A stretch of 64,000 nucleotides of DNA, from IMG/VR virus record IMGVR_UViG_3300021958_000051, positions 1 through 64,000 of that record; one strand, 5' to 3'. Within the stretch, counting starts at the first letter, position 1. Each line of letters starts with the position of its first letter. Positions 17,972 to 26,315 of the stretch are shown piece after piece. The notes below the pieces were generated by a model. The model had not been told where the DNA came from. It saw only the letters and a list, made by a program, of their open reading frames with translations, and made no database searches. Made by a program: the position numbers and the translations under genes. Source of the DNA: an uncultured virus (IMG/VR IMGVR_UViG_3300021958_000051) (lineage: Duplodnaviria; Heunggongvirae; Uroviricota; Caudoviricetes).

Positions 17972-19888
17972 ATGTCTAGATCATTTAGTTTAAATCAACT
18001 GACAGAAGGAATTAGAGAACGCCACTTAGGCGCTGATTCTTCTCGTCTTGTGTCCAAGTGGACACGTACAGGTCTTCTTCGAGGACTTCAAGAAAACAAC
18101 CGCGAAAACATGGCTCGCATGCTTGAAAACCAAGCGTCTCAGCTCCTTCGCGAAGCAAACACTTTAGGTAGCGGTGGATCTGCTGGAAACATTGATGGTT
18201 TTACCAATATCGCTTTTCCAATCGTTCGTCGAGTATTCGGTGGATTGGTAGCAAACGAATTAGTTTCTATTCAACCTATGTCTTTACCTTCCGGACTTCT
18301 TTTCTATCTTGATTATTCATATGGAGCAGATGTTGGTGGTGATGGAACTGGTGATGGAAACACAGATGCTACTTATGCTTCAACTTACAATAGAGGTGAT
18401 TCTCTTTATGGAAATCCTGGTGGTTCTAGTATCCGTACTGGTGCATCTGCAGTTGGTGGTCAATATGATCTTGCAGGTTCAGGATATTCAAAAGTTCACG
18501 GAACTTATAAATTGAATGAAGGTTTGGCTCATATTGGTAAATTTGGAACCGGTGCTTCTCAATCAGGTGCAAATGGTGTAGCTGGTGTAGAAGGTGCTGA
18601 CGGTAAATTACTACAATTTGACCCACAGATCATCAAAAGAATTAATGATGGCGACGCAGAATATGCATTCTTGGTTGCTTCAGCTTCAGTTCTTGTTGAA
18701 GATGCTGCAACTGGACGTTCATTAGACCCAACACAAGTTAAGCAAATTGCTTTATTTAGTGCTCTTGGCACTACAAATGGATTTACAGTACCTCCTGCTA
18801 CTGTTCAAGGTGGAAGCAATGTATTGAACGTTCGTCGCCTTAATCAGTTAGGTACTATGGCAGGTGCACAGGACGCAATTACATTCACTCCTGATCCTCT
18901 TAAAGCACTTACTGATCTTGACGCAGGTATTCTTTTTGTAATGGAACTTGCTGATGGCGCAACTCCTGACGCGGATGCCGCTGGATTGGCAGCTGTAACT
19001 AATCTTACTGCTTCTTTCCCAGTTGCTGATTCAGTATCAGCTGAAGGTGGAACTGGTGGAACTCTTGTTATTCCAAGCTTTGAGTCAGATTTTGCAGCTT
19101 CTCCAAGCCCAGTTATTCCTGAGATTGATATTAAGATTGAGTCTATCGCGGTAACAGCGACCACACGTAAGTTAAGAGCTCGTTGGTCTCCAGAACTTGC
19201 GCAAGATCTTAATGCTTATCACTCAATGGATGCTGAAGTTGAATTGACTCAGATTCTTTCTGAGCAGATTGCACTTGAGATCGATCGTGAGATTCTTAAT
19301 GATCTTCTTACAGAAGCAAAAGCAGCTAACTACTACTGGTCACGTGCTCCTGGTAAATTCGTTAAGAAGGATACTGGTGTCGTTGCATCTAGCACTATTG
19401 GACCTAATTTCACGGGTACAGTTCGCGAATGGTACGAAACTCTTGTTGAAACCATTATCGACGTTGCTAACGAAATTCACAGAAAGACTCTTCGTGGAGC
19501 AGCTAACTTTATCGTGGTTTCACCTGAAGTAGCTACTATCTTCGAAGCTTCAGTTCTTTACAAGCCTTCTATCAAGATTGATGGACAAGGACAAGTTGGA
19601 ACTCCTTTCTCTATCGGTGCAGAAGCTATTGGATCTCTTTCAAATCGCTTTACGGTTTACAAAGATCCTTACTTCCCACGCAACAAGATCCTTGTAGGAT
19701 ACAAAGGTGGATCATATCTTGAGTCTGGATACGTCTATGCTCCTTATGTACCACTCATCGTTACTCCTACAATCTTCGCTCCTGAAGATTTCACACCAAG
19801 AAAAGGTGTAATGACTCGTTACGGTAAGAAAATGGTACGTGCCGATTTCTACGGAACAGTTACATGCCTTGACATGGACGTGATCTAA
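17972..19888 (+). CDS. gp23: major capsid protein (T4 gp23-like)
   Basis: FPIVRRVF, VSIQPMSLPSGLLFYL, TRKLRARWSPELAQDLNAYH, EIDREIL, YAPYVPL and FTPRKGVMTRYG; highly biased codon usage. Confidence 0.96.
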   Translation: MSRSFSLNQLTEGIRERHLGADSSRLVSKWTRTGLLRGLQENNRENMARMLENQASQLLREANTLGSGGSAGNIDGFTNIAFPIVRRVFGGLVANELVSIQPMSLPSGLLFYLDYSYGADVGGDGTGDGNTDATYASTYNRGDSLYGNPGGSSIRTGASAVGGQYDLAGSGYSKVHGTYKLNEGLAHIGKFGTGASQSGANGVAGVEGADGKLLQFDPQIIKRINDGDAEYAFLVASASVLVEDAATGRSLDPTQVKQIALFSALGTTNGFTVPPATVQGGSNVLNVRRLNQLGTMAGAQDAITFTPDPLKALTDLDAGILFVMELADGATPDADAAGLAAVTNLTASFPVADSVSAEGGTGGTLVIPSFESDFAASPSPVIPEIDIKIESIAVTATTRKLRARWSPELAQDLNAYHSMDAEVELTQILSEQIALEIDREILNDLLTEAKAANYYWSRAPGKFVKKDTGVVASSTIGPNFTGTVREWYETLVETIIDVANEIHRKTLRGAANFIVVSPEVATIFEASVLYKPSIKIDGQGQVGTPFSIGAEAIGSLSNRFTVYKDPYFPRNKILVGYKGGSYLESGYVYAPYVPLIVTPTIFAPEDFTPRKGVMTRYGKKMVRADFYGTVTCLDMDVI

Positions 19889-19911
19889 TCTTTAGGTAGA
19901 TTCTGTTAACT

Positions 19912-19938
19912 AAGGCGACCTTTTGGTCGCCTTTTTTA
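19912..19938 (+). terminator. intrinsic terminator after MCP
   Basis: AAGGCGACC-TTTT-GGTCGCCTT hairpin followed by a T run. Confidence 0.9.
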
Positions 19939-20019
19939 TTATACACTTATTAAAAATTTTGTATGATTATTTTGTATCATTTAGATACATTCACACACAA
20001 TACACACACGGAGAATATC

Positions 20020-20211
20020 ATGGCTAGTAATCCATATGAACTGCGCCAAGGTCTTTTAGGCCAAGCCCAACAAATTTTAGTAGAAGCATACCATAGTGAA
20101 GTGCAACGATGTCGAGATCAAGGTGTTGCTGCTCATAATGTAAAATTTCCTTCAACAGAAGATATTATTGCTGAAGCTGAAAAACTTTATGCTTTTGTTC
20201 AGAAAAAATAA
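20020..20211 (+). CDS. small hypothetical protein
   Basis: GGAG RBS before ATG 20020; MASNPYELRQGLL...FPSTEDIIAEAEKLYAFV; CA-rich leader. Confidence 0.75.
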   Translation: MASNPYELRQGLLGQAQQILVEAYHSEVQRCRDQGVAAHNVKFPSTEDIIAEAEKLYAFVQKK

Positions 20212-20269
20212 GAATAAATAAAGTTTATTAAAGCATACTTATTTTTAACAAGTTAAGTTAGGAGTAAGT

Positions 20270-20869
20270 ATGTTTTTTTTATTATTTTTGTTAAGTTTTT
20301 TGTCAATTGCAGGTGAACCCAAACCTGATATGTCGATTACAATAACTGCAGTCAAAGGCATCACAATATTTATTGACAAGCCAGTAGTAATAGGTGGTGG
20401 TAAAACATATCAGTCTTCAGAGATTGAATCTTTAATTACAGGTTTTGCAACTATTCATAAAGCAACATTTGTTAAAGACCCAAGAATGATTAATAGCATT
20501 TATAATGCATCATCAGCAACGTTTGTTAATGAAGATTGCAATTGGTTATCAAGGGCTGTGAAATGCGCAACTTCAGAATACATGTATGTGCTAAAAACAC
20601 AGGTAGTTATTAATCCTGTTAGAGCATATGTTACGATTACGCTGCATGATCATGAAATGAATGCTGTTTCATCAGCTACAGTATCTAATAAACACCAAAG
20701 AAGTGTAATACAGTTAACAAAACAGAAACAATCACAAGGTCTTTTAGGTAATACAACAACTACAACCGAGGAACAAATGCCTGAAATATTTAGTATTGAA
20801 CCTTATCTTTATGAAAAAGATTTTCGCCAGGCTGTTATTTTAATGTATAGTTCATTTCGATTAGAATAA
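20270..20869 (+). CDS. exported/periplasmic hypothetical protein
   Basis: Hydrophobic N-terminus MFFLLFLLSFLSIA resembles a signal peptide; AGGAG RBS. Confidence 0.65.
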   Translation: MFFLLFLLSFLSIAGEPKPDMSITITAVKGITIFIDKPVVIGGGKTYQSSEIESLITGFATIHKATFVKDPRMINSIYNASSATFVNEDCNWLSRAVKCATSEYMYVLKTQVVINPVRAYVTITLHDHEMNAVSSATVSNKHQRSVIQLTKQKQSQGLLGNTTTTTEEQMPEIFSIEPYLYEKDFRQAVILMYSSFRLE

Positions 20870-20902
20870 TTAATATTGTCCAAATTTTTAAAAGGAGAAA
20901 AA

Positions 20903-21349
20903 ATGAAATTAAATAGGAATTCACTAAGAAAAATGATTTTAAACGAAATTAGGAACTTACAAGAAGGTAGGTATACTAGCTCTGGACCTAATCTTAGCCA
21001 ACTTTTTGGCCATCTGTGGGGCAGAAGATTCGATTGGAATTTTGTTACAAATGCTTCAATCCAAAGTGCTATGAAAATGTCCGGGATGGATGCTATGACA
21101 TTTTTTGAAACTGTTAAAGCTGTTGGTCATGAATGGCAATTGAAAAAAGTTGCTGAAGCATTATCAGAAGTTGATACAAACTTTTATGATTATGCAAAAA
21201 GAGAATTAGGAACACAACTTTTCCATGATACGCCAGGAAGCAAGATAAGATTACCAAAACTTACAAAAAGCACATCACCCTTAGCAGATGATGAATTTGA
21301 CTTTGATGACGACGATGATGATGTTTATCCAGGTCCTTTAGTACCTTAG
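20903..21349 (+). CDS. hypothetical protein with shared N-terminal leader
   Basis: AAGGAG RBS before ATG 20903; MKLNRNSLRKMILNEIRNLQE; acidic tail. Confidence 0.75.
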   Translation: MKLNRNSLRKMILNEIRNLQEGRYTSSGPNLSQLFGHLWGRRFDWNFVTNASIQSAMKMSGMDAMTFFETVKAVGHEWQLKKVAEALSEVDTNFYDYAKRELGTQLFHDTPGSKIRLPKLTKSTSPLADDEFDFDDDDDDVYPGPLVP

Positions 21350-21684
21350 GAAAAATCACGCCATGCATGTGGTTTTCTTGTTTTAAGATAACCTAAATTT
21401 TTTTGATGCGTATATGCTTCTTTCTCAAATGGAATGGCATAATACGCATCAGCTCCGTTCAAACCTTTAAATCTTGCTTTAAGCCAATACCATATATAAA
21501 GAAGGTAAAAACCAACCACCCAGAGTTCTCTCTGTTGAACGAGGTGAATCTTTTCGTGGTTATATATAGTAATATCAAGCTGTTCTTTTGCAATAATAAA
21601 CGGGTATAACGTAATCGCATAAACATCAATAAAAAGGCTCATTGCTTTGCAAAAACGTGGGCTAATAATTACTTTAGGTTTCAT
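21346..21684 (-). CDS. small HExxH-motif membrane-associated protein
   Basis: NHEKIHLVQQ, hydrophobic aromatic helix and PFEKEAY; zincin-like; translationally coupled (TAATG) to the upstream minus-strand gene. Confidence 0.7.
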   Translation of the reverse strand: MKPKVIISPRFCKAMSLFIDVYAITLYPFIIAKEQLDITIYNHEKIHLVQQRELWVVGFYLLYIWYWLKARFKGLNGADAYYAIPFEKEAYTHQKNLGYLKTRKPHAWRDFS

Positions 21685-22613
21685 TACATTCTCCTTTTAT
21701 ATGGGTATTTAGGTCTAAGTGTATCAACCGCAAATCGACCACCCCTATTTGGGTCTTGAAGATATTGCAATGTTTTATAAAGGACTTCCATTGTCATTCC
21801 AATATCAGCAGTTGCTTCATGCCATGACTCATTATCAATTTCAAATGCTGTCGCCATCATACCAAGCCGGCTAGCAAGATAAGGTTTCCCTTTATAAGAT
21901 AGTGCCGTAATGCTGTCAATGATGTGTTTATCTTCAGCATTCATTTCAGCTTCATTTTTTTGTACATATTGCAGTACAGCTTTTAGATAATTATCAATAA
22001 TTGCAATTGAATCCATCACAGCAATATCTGGTGCGTTTAAACCACCTCTTTGATAAAAAAGATTTGTCATTTTTGCATCAAATGGAGAATTGTGGGCCCA
22101 AAAGACCAGCTTACCTGTTGGGCTGGCAGTTTTTTGTGCTTGTATATATTGATTAAACATTTCAGCACCATCTGCTTGATTAACGCGCGGTACATCTTCT
22201 CCGCCATAATAATCATTCATGTCTAAAAGACCTGGAATCGAGTATTTAGGATCGCCTTTATAAGTTCCTGCGTCTAGCTGTGCTTGTTGATTTTTTATTT
22301 CAGCTTCTGTGTCTGGTGTTAAGACTATTTTAACATTGAACATTCCGTCGTTTACAGGAGAAGGTATTTGGTCGAGATTATTTGTTTTGTATGCTATGGC
22401 TGCCAGTTGAGTTATTTGAACAAAATTTGGAACTGATCCGTCTTTATTTGGTAGACCTGTTGTTTCTGTGTCGAAGAAAACCCAGTTATGTTGTGCAAGT
22501 TCTTTAAGCTTTTTAATCATTTCAGAGAACTGAGGAGGATAAAAACTAGGATCGACTGATCTTTCGTTTAGGAATTTGCGCCATTCTGTCAAGATTTGTT
22601 TCATGTTATTCAT
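21684..22613 (-). CDS. DEDDh 3'-5' exonuclease (DnaQ-like)
   Basis: ExoI FFDTETTG, ExoII AHNSPFD, ExoIII WHEATADI; AGGAG RBS on the minus strand; leader MKQILTEWRKFLNE. Confidence 0.85.
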   Translation of the reverse strand: MNNMKQILTEWRKFLNERSVDPSFYPPQFSEMIKKLKELAQHNWVFFDTETTGLPNKDGSVPNFVQITQLAAIAYKTNNLDQIPSPVNDGMFNVKIVLTPDTEAEIKNQQAQLDAGTYKGDPKYSIPGLLDMNDYYGGEDVPRVNQADGAEMFNQYIQAQKTASPTGKLVFWAHNSPFDAKMTNLFYQRGGLNAPDIAVMDSIAIIDNYLKAVLQYVQKNEAEMNAEDKHIIDSITALSYKGKPYLASRLGMMATAFEIDNESWHEATADIGMTMEVLYKTLQYLQDPNRGGRFAVDTLRPKYPYKRRM

Positions 22614-22690
22614 ATACTCTCCTTTATAACTTTCTTTATTTATGATATAATTATATTTATTAACGGCTATTTTAACATAAGGAGAATATT

Positions 22691-22909
22691 ATGCCTACAA
22701 AAAAAGAAGAAGCAGCACACGATTGTAAAAAAGATTGTGAATTATTGCATAAAGAAATCGCAGCATTGAAAAAAGAAGTCGCAGCACTTAAAGCAGAACT
22801 TAAAAAAGCACCAAAAGGTGGTGGTGGAGCAGATCCAAGAGTTGACAAATTAATAGAAGCATTAAAAGACAATCCTAAATTTTTTCTTTCAAAAGTATTT
22901 TTAAGTTAA
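22691..22909 (+). CDS. small coiled-coil protein
   Basis: AAGGAG RBS; heptads EIAALKK EVAALKA. Confidence 0.7.
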   Translation: MPTKKEEAAHDCKKDCELLHKEIAALKKEVAALKAELKKAPKGGGGADPRVDKLIEALKDNPKFFLSKVFLS

Positions 22910-22921
22910 TAATTAATATTA

Positions 22922-22977
22922 GGCCCAACACACAGCATAAAGCTGATATCGCCAGCGTGTTGGAATCTTGCGAACAC
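22922..22977 (+). ncRNA. candidate structured RNA in 5' leader
   Basis: GC-rich island in an AT-rich intergenic region; CCAACAC/GTGTTGG outer stem and GCTG/CAGC inner stem; possible TCGC/GCGA pseudoknot. Confidence 0.4.
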
Positions 22978-23002
22978 ATAATCTCATTTTAAGGAGGAAA
23001 TT

Positions 23003-23470
23003 ATGCCAACAATTATAGTAGATAATAAAAAAGGTCTATTTCAAAAAGCAGCTACCACAGCAAATCCAGCAGGAACATTAGCAGGTCATAAATCAGTTGT
23101 TAAAACTGTTAACGGTGGCTTAGCTAATCAAACATTGTCTCAAGAAGACAGTGGAAAAATCTTTCTTGTCGGAGGAGACGCAGGACCTATTACATTTCCA
23201 GTAGGCGAAGCCGGATGGGAAGGAACTTTTGTTGCAACAGGATCATTTCATGCAGCATTGGTAATATCAGGAGCAGCAGCTGCTACAACATCTGGTGTTA
23301 CAGTCGTAGGACAAGAATTAGGTGCAGATGCAAGTACTGATGCCATTGCAATTACTGCAGGTGTTGGTGCAACTTTTGGAACATCAGCTGTAACTGCAGG
23401 TGACACATTAAAGGTAAAAGTTTTAAAAGCTAATTCTTTAATTTTAATGGAATCAAGAACTGCAACTTAA
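23003..23470 (+). CDS. putative virion decoration/fibre protein
   Basis: Strong RBS AAGGAGG; A/G/T-rich beta protein; 'TLSQEDSGKIFLV' resembles head-fibre repeats; followed by a terminator. Confidence 0.6.
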   Translation: MPTIIVDNKKGLFQKAATTANPAGTLAGHKSVVKTVNGGLANQTLSQEDSGKIFLVGGDAGPITFPVGEAGWEGTFVATGSFHAALVISGAAAATTSGVTVVGQELGADASTDAIAITAGVGATFGTSAVTAGDTLKVKVLKANSLILMESRTAT

Positions 23471-23493
23471 TCGGCTTGAAATGACTTGAAATT

Positions 23494-23521
23494 AAGGCAT
23501 CCATCTCGGGTGTCTTTTTTT
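23494..23521 (+). terminator. intrinsic terminator
   Basis: AAGGCATCC-ATCTC-GGGTGTCTT stem (with G-U pairs) and T run. Confidence 0.75.
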
Positions 23522-23611
23522 ATGTTTGCAAGAAGCTACTGCTTAGTTTATGTGATACTTTAAGGCATTAGGTGATAATTATTAAGGACATATATTTTGG
23601 AGGTTACAGAG

Positions 23612-23953
23612 ATGTCTCAGTTAAACAGAAAGCAGTTAAAAAGAATGCTCTTAAAAGAATTTAAAATGATGGGAATGGCACCTATGGGTGCAGCAATGAT
23701 AGGACATTCTCCATATCAAAACCCGCATGGGTGTGATGCATGTGGCAAGTCTCCTTGTGAGTGTGATGAATACGAAGATCATGGTGATCATAGCATGCAA
23801 TCATCACATGTTGATTATGTAGGTGGTCATAAAGGACAAGTTTCAAAAGAAGATTGCTGCAAGGCTGTTCTTTGCCTCATTGAATGTTGTGATTGTCCGG
23901 AAACTAAGGCATTGATTCGAGAATGCTGTGAAGATATTCTTTCTCGTTGTTAA
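23612..23953 (+). CDS. Cys/His-rich small protein with shared leader
   Basis: GGAGG RBS before ATG 23612; MSQLNRKQLKRMLLKEF; 13 Cys including three CC pairs. Confidence 0.75.
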   Translation: MSQLNRKQLKRMLLKEFKMMGMAPMGAAMIGHSPYQNPHGCDACGKSPCECDEYEDHGDHSMQSSHVDYVGGHKGQVSKEDCCKAVLCLIECCDCPETKALIRECCEDILSRC

Positions 23954-23961
23954 TTTTATAA

Positions 23962-25185
23962 ATGGAATTAACCGAGGCACAACTTCGTTTTTTAATTCGT
24001 GAGGTTATACGCAAAGTAAAGGGTGGGTGGAAAGTTTACCCTAAAAAACCTCGCAAGGGAGAGAAGCGTCGTCGTGCTTTGTCAAAAAAACCTTTAAGTT
24101 ATAAACGTGCATTGGCACAACTTCGTGCAATTGAAAGAGGAAAAAGTTTAAAGGAAGGTCGTGAACATACAATAGTATCCGGCGATTATCTTGGTAAGAT
24201 AGCGAAAAAATATGGCGTAACAACTAGTCAGATTCAAAAAGCAAATCCTGATTTAAATCCTAATTCATTACAGCTAGGTCAAAAAATAATAATTCCTGAT
24301 GCTTTAAAGCGATTAAATAAAGATTTAAAACCTAGTAAAAAATTAATTGACTGGATGAAATACGAAGAAGGAAAAGTTAATAGATTAGGAGTGGCCACGG
24401 GAGAACCTTATCTTGAATCTTATGATGACGGTGTAGGAAACTTGACAATAGGTTACGGTCGCAATCAAAAAAGTCAAAGAAAACAAACAATAGATACGGG
24501 TTATGCAGAAAATTTACTTAAATCTGATTTGAGCGATGCTGCTTCCTTATTGCAACAGTCAACTAAAGATTCTGTTAGCGAAAAAATAACAATTCCTTTT
24601 AAGTTAGATCAAAATCAATTTGATGCATTAACTAGTATAATTTTTAATGCAGGTAGAGGCGGATATATTAAGACGGGTTTACATCAAAAATTTATTAGTA
24701 AAGGAATAACATCAGGCAGTGAGTTTGAAAAAGCCTTTTTAGAAGCTAGAACTAGTAAAAAACTAGGTGGTTTAAAAGGAAGAAGAAAAAGAGAATTAGA
24801 AATATTTAAAAACAATAATTATCTTAACAAAAAAGATGATGAAAAAAGTGTTTTAAAAGAAGGTGATCCAAAAGTAGGAACAGGTAAAAAACCAAAAGGA
24901 TCAGGTCGAAGGTTGTATACAGACGAAAATCCTAAAGATACAGTTCCAGTAAAGTTTAGAACGGCTTCAGATATTAGAAAGACATTTTCGCAAAAAAGTT
25001 TTAAATCAAAATCACATAATAGGCAGTCTCAAATAATTAATTTGGTGCATCAAAGGGTTCGAGCAGCATATCAAAATGCTAAAGATCCGGATACAAAAAA
25101 GAGATTGAAAAAAGCATATGATTATGCAAAAAAACGAAAAGCAGCTAGCAAAAAGAAAACTCAAAGAATGAGAAAGAAAAAATGA
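23962..25185 (+). CDS. multi-module protein: leader + basic module + LysM + GH24-type lysozyme + basic C-terminal module
   Basis: LysM HTIVSGDYLGKIAKKYGVT...NPDL...LQLGQKIIIP; lysozyme YEEG...YDDGVGNLTIGYG, QNQFDALTSIIFNAG and GLKGRRKRE. Confidence 0.85.
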   Translation: MELTEAQLRFLIREVIRKVKGGWKVYPKKPRKGEKRRRALSKKPLSYKRALAQLRAIERGKSLKEGREHTIVSGDYLGKIAKKYGVTTSQIQKANPDLNPNSLQLGQKIIIPDALKRLNKDLKPSKKLIDWMKYEEGKVNRLGVATGEPYLESYDDGVGNLTIGYGRNQKSQRKQTIDTGYAENLLKSDLSDAASLLQQSTKDSVSEKITIPFKLDQNQFDALTSIIFNAGRGGYIKTGLHQKFISKGITSGSEFEKAFLEARTSKKLGGLKGRRKRELEIFKNNNYLNKKDDEKSVLKEGDPKVGTGKKPKGSGRRLYTDENPKDTVPVKFRTASDIRKTFSQKSFKSKSHNRQSQIINLVHQRVRAAYQNAKDPDTKKRLKKAYDYAKKRKAASKKKTQRMRKKK

Positions 25186-26315
25186 AAATTACAAAAAAAC
25201 AATTAAATTTACTTGCTGAGTCTGTTATTCTTGACTCAAAAAAAGAAGATACGATAGAAGATCTGGTTGAAAAAAGATTATCAATACAAGAAAAAAGAAT
25301 CCAGTTGTTAAAAGAAGGATATAATCTAGAATTGATAAAAGAGTTTAACGTTCAAGTGTCCGGTCCTAGAATCGAAACAGATGATATAACAGTTGAAGCT
25401 GGCAATGTGTCGATAGAGACAAATTTTGGAAAATGGGCAACTTACCTAGGCATAACAAAAGCAGTTTGTGCAACTGCAGTTCATATTGCATTGATATCTG
25501 CAGGCTGGGAAGGCGTATTAGCAATATTAATACCTGTTGCAATTCCTGTTTTAACTAGCCCAGTTATTATGGGTTCAATTGCATTGTTTTTATCTCGTTA
25601 TTCGTTTTTTAGAAAAATAGCAGGATTTTTATTTAAAATGCTAATAGGAAAAAAGAATTATCAAAGAATTAACAATATGATAGATAACATAACTAATATT
25701 ATGATGAGTTCAACTGATAATGCAATTGAAAAGAAAGATGCATTAACTTTGTTTGTACAATCAGCCGGTTATGTTTTAGGACAACCAGAATTTAGAAAAA
25801 AATTAAAAGAATTGGCATATGCTTACATGTCAAGAAATAAAGAAAAAGTTAAACAAATCATGTCTGAATTAGATGTGATGGTTAGAAGTTTTGCACCAAG
25901 CCAATCTTCTTTAACTTTAGATGTTAAAGAAGACGAATTAACATTACCAGATAATTCACCTAAGCATGATGATATTGAAAATTTAGAAGCTGAATTAGAT
26001 AAGTCTGAACTAATACAAGAAAAAAGAAAGAGTAAAAAGAAAAAGGTTGATTATAAAAAATCCTATAAGAAATATCATAGTTCAAAAAAAGCTAAGCGAG
26101 AACGTGCACAAAGAAACGCAGCTGGACGAAAGATTAAAAATGAATTAGGGATAGAAATACCAAAGGGATATGAAATTGATCATAAAACAGCTATAGCGCA
26201 CGGCGGATCTAACGATTTATCAAACTTAAGAATTATTCCTCGCAGCAAAAATAGGGCATTAGGCCAAAAAATAACAACTCGAAAAAGAAAAAAGAACGGG
26301 AGCTATAAAAAGTGA
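25182..26315 (+). CDS. leader + hydrophobic segment + C-terminal HNH domain
   Basis: MKITKKQLNLLAESV; hydrophobic helices in the middle; HNH EIDHKTAIAHGGSNDLSNLRIIPRSKNR. Confidence 0.8.
   Translation: MKITKKQLNLLAESVILDSKKEDTIEDLVEKRLSIQEKRIQLLKEGYNLELIKEFNVQVSGPRIETDDITVEAGNVSIETNFGKWATYLGITKAVCATAVHIALISAGWEGVLAILIPVAIPVLTSPVIMGSIALFLSRYSFFRKIAGFLFKMLIGKKNYQRINNMIDNITNIMMSSTDNAIEKKDALTLFVQSAGYVLGQPEFRKKLKELAYAYMSRNKEKVKQIMSELDVMVRSFAPSQSSLTLDVKEDELTLPDNSPKHDDIENLEAELDKSELIQEKRKSKKKKVDYKKSYKKYHSSKKAKRERAQRNAAGRKIKNELGIEIPKGYEIDHKTAIAHGGSNDLSNLRIIPRSKNRALGQKITTRKRKKNGSYKK

Noticed and set aside
26020..26315. HNH domain as a mobile homing endonuclease or intron ORF
   Set aside because: It is a short C-terminal module fused in-frame to a tagged protein; it interrupts no conserved gene and has no intron-like flanks.
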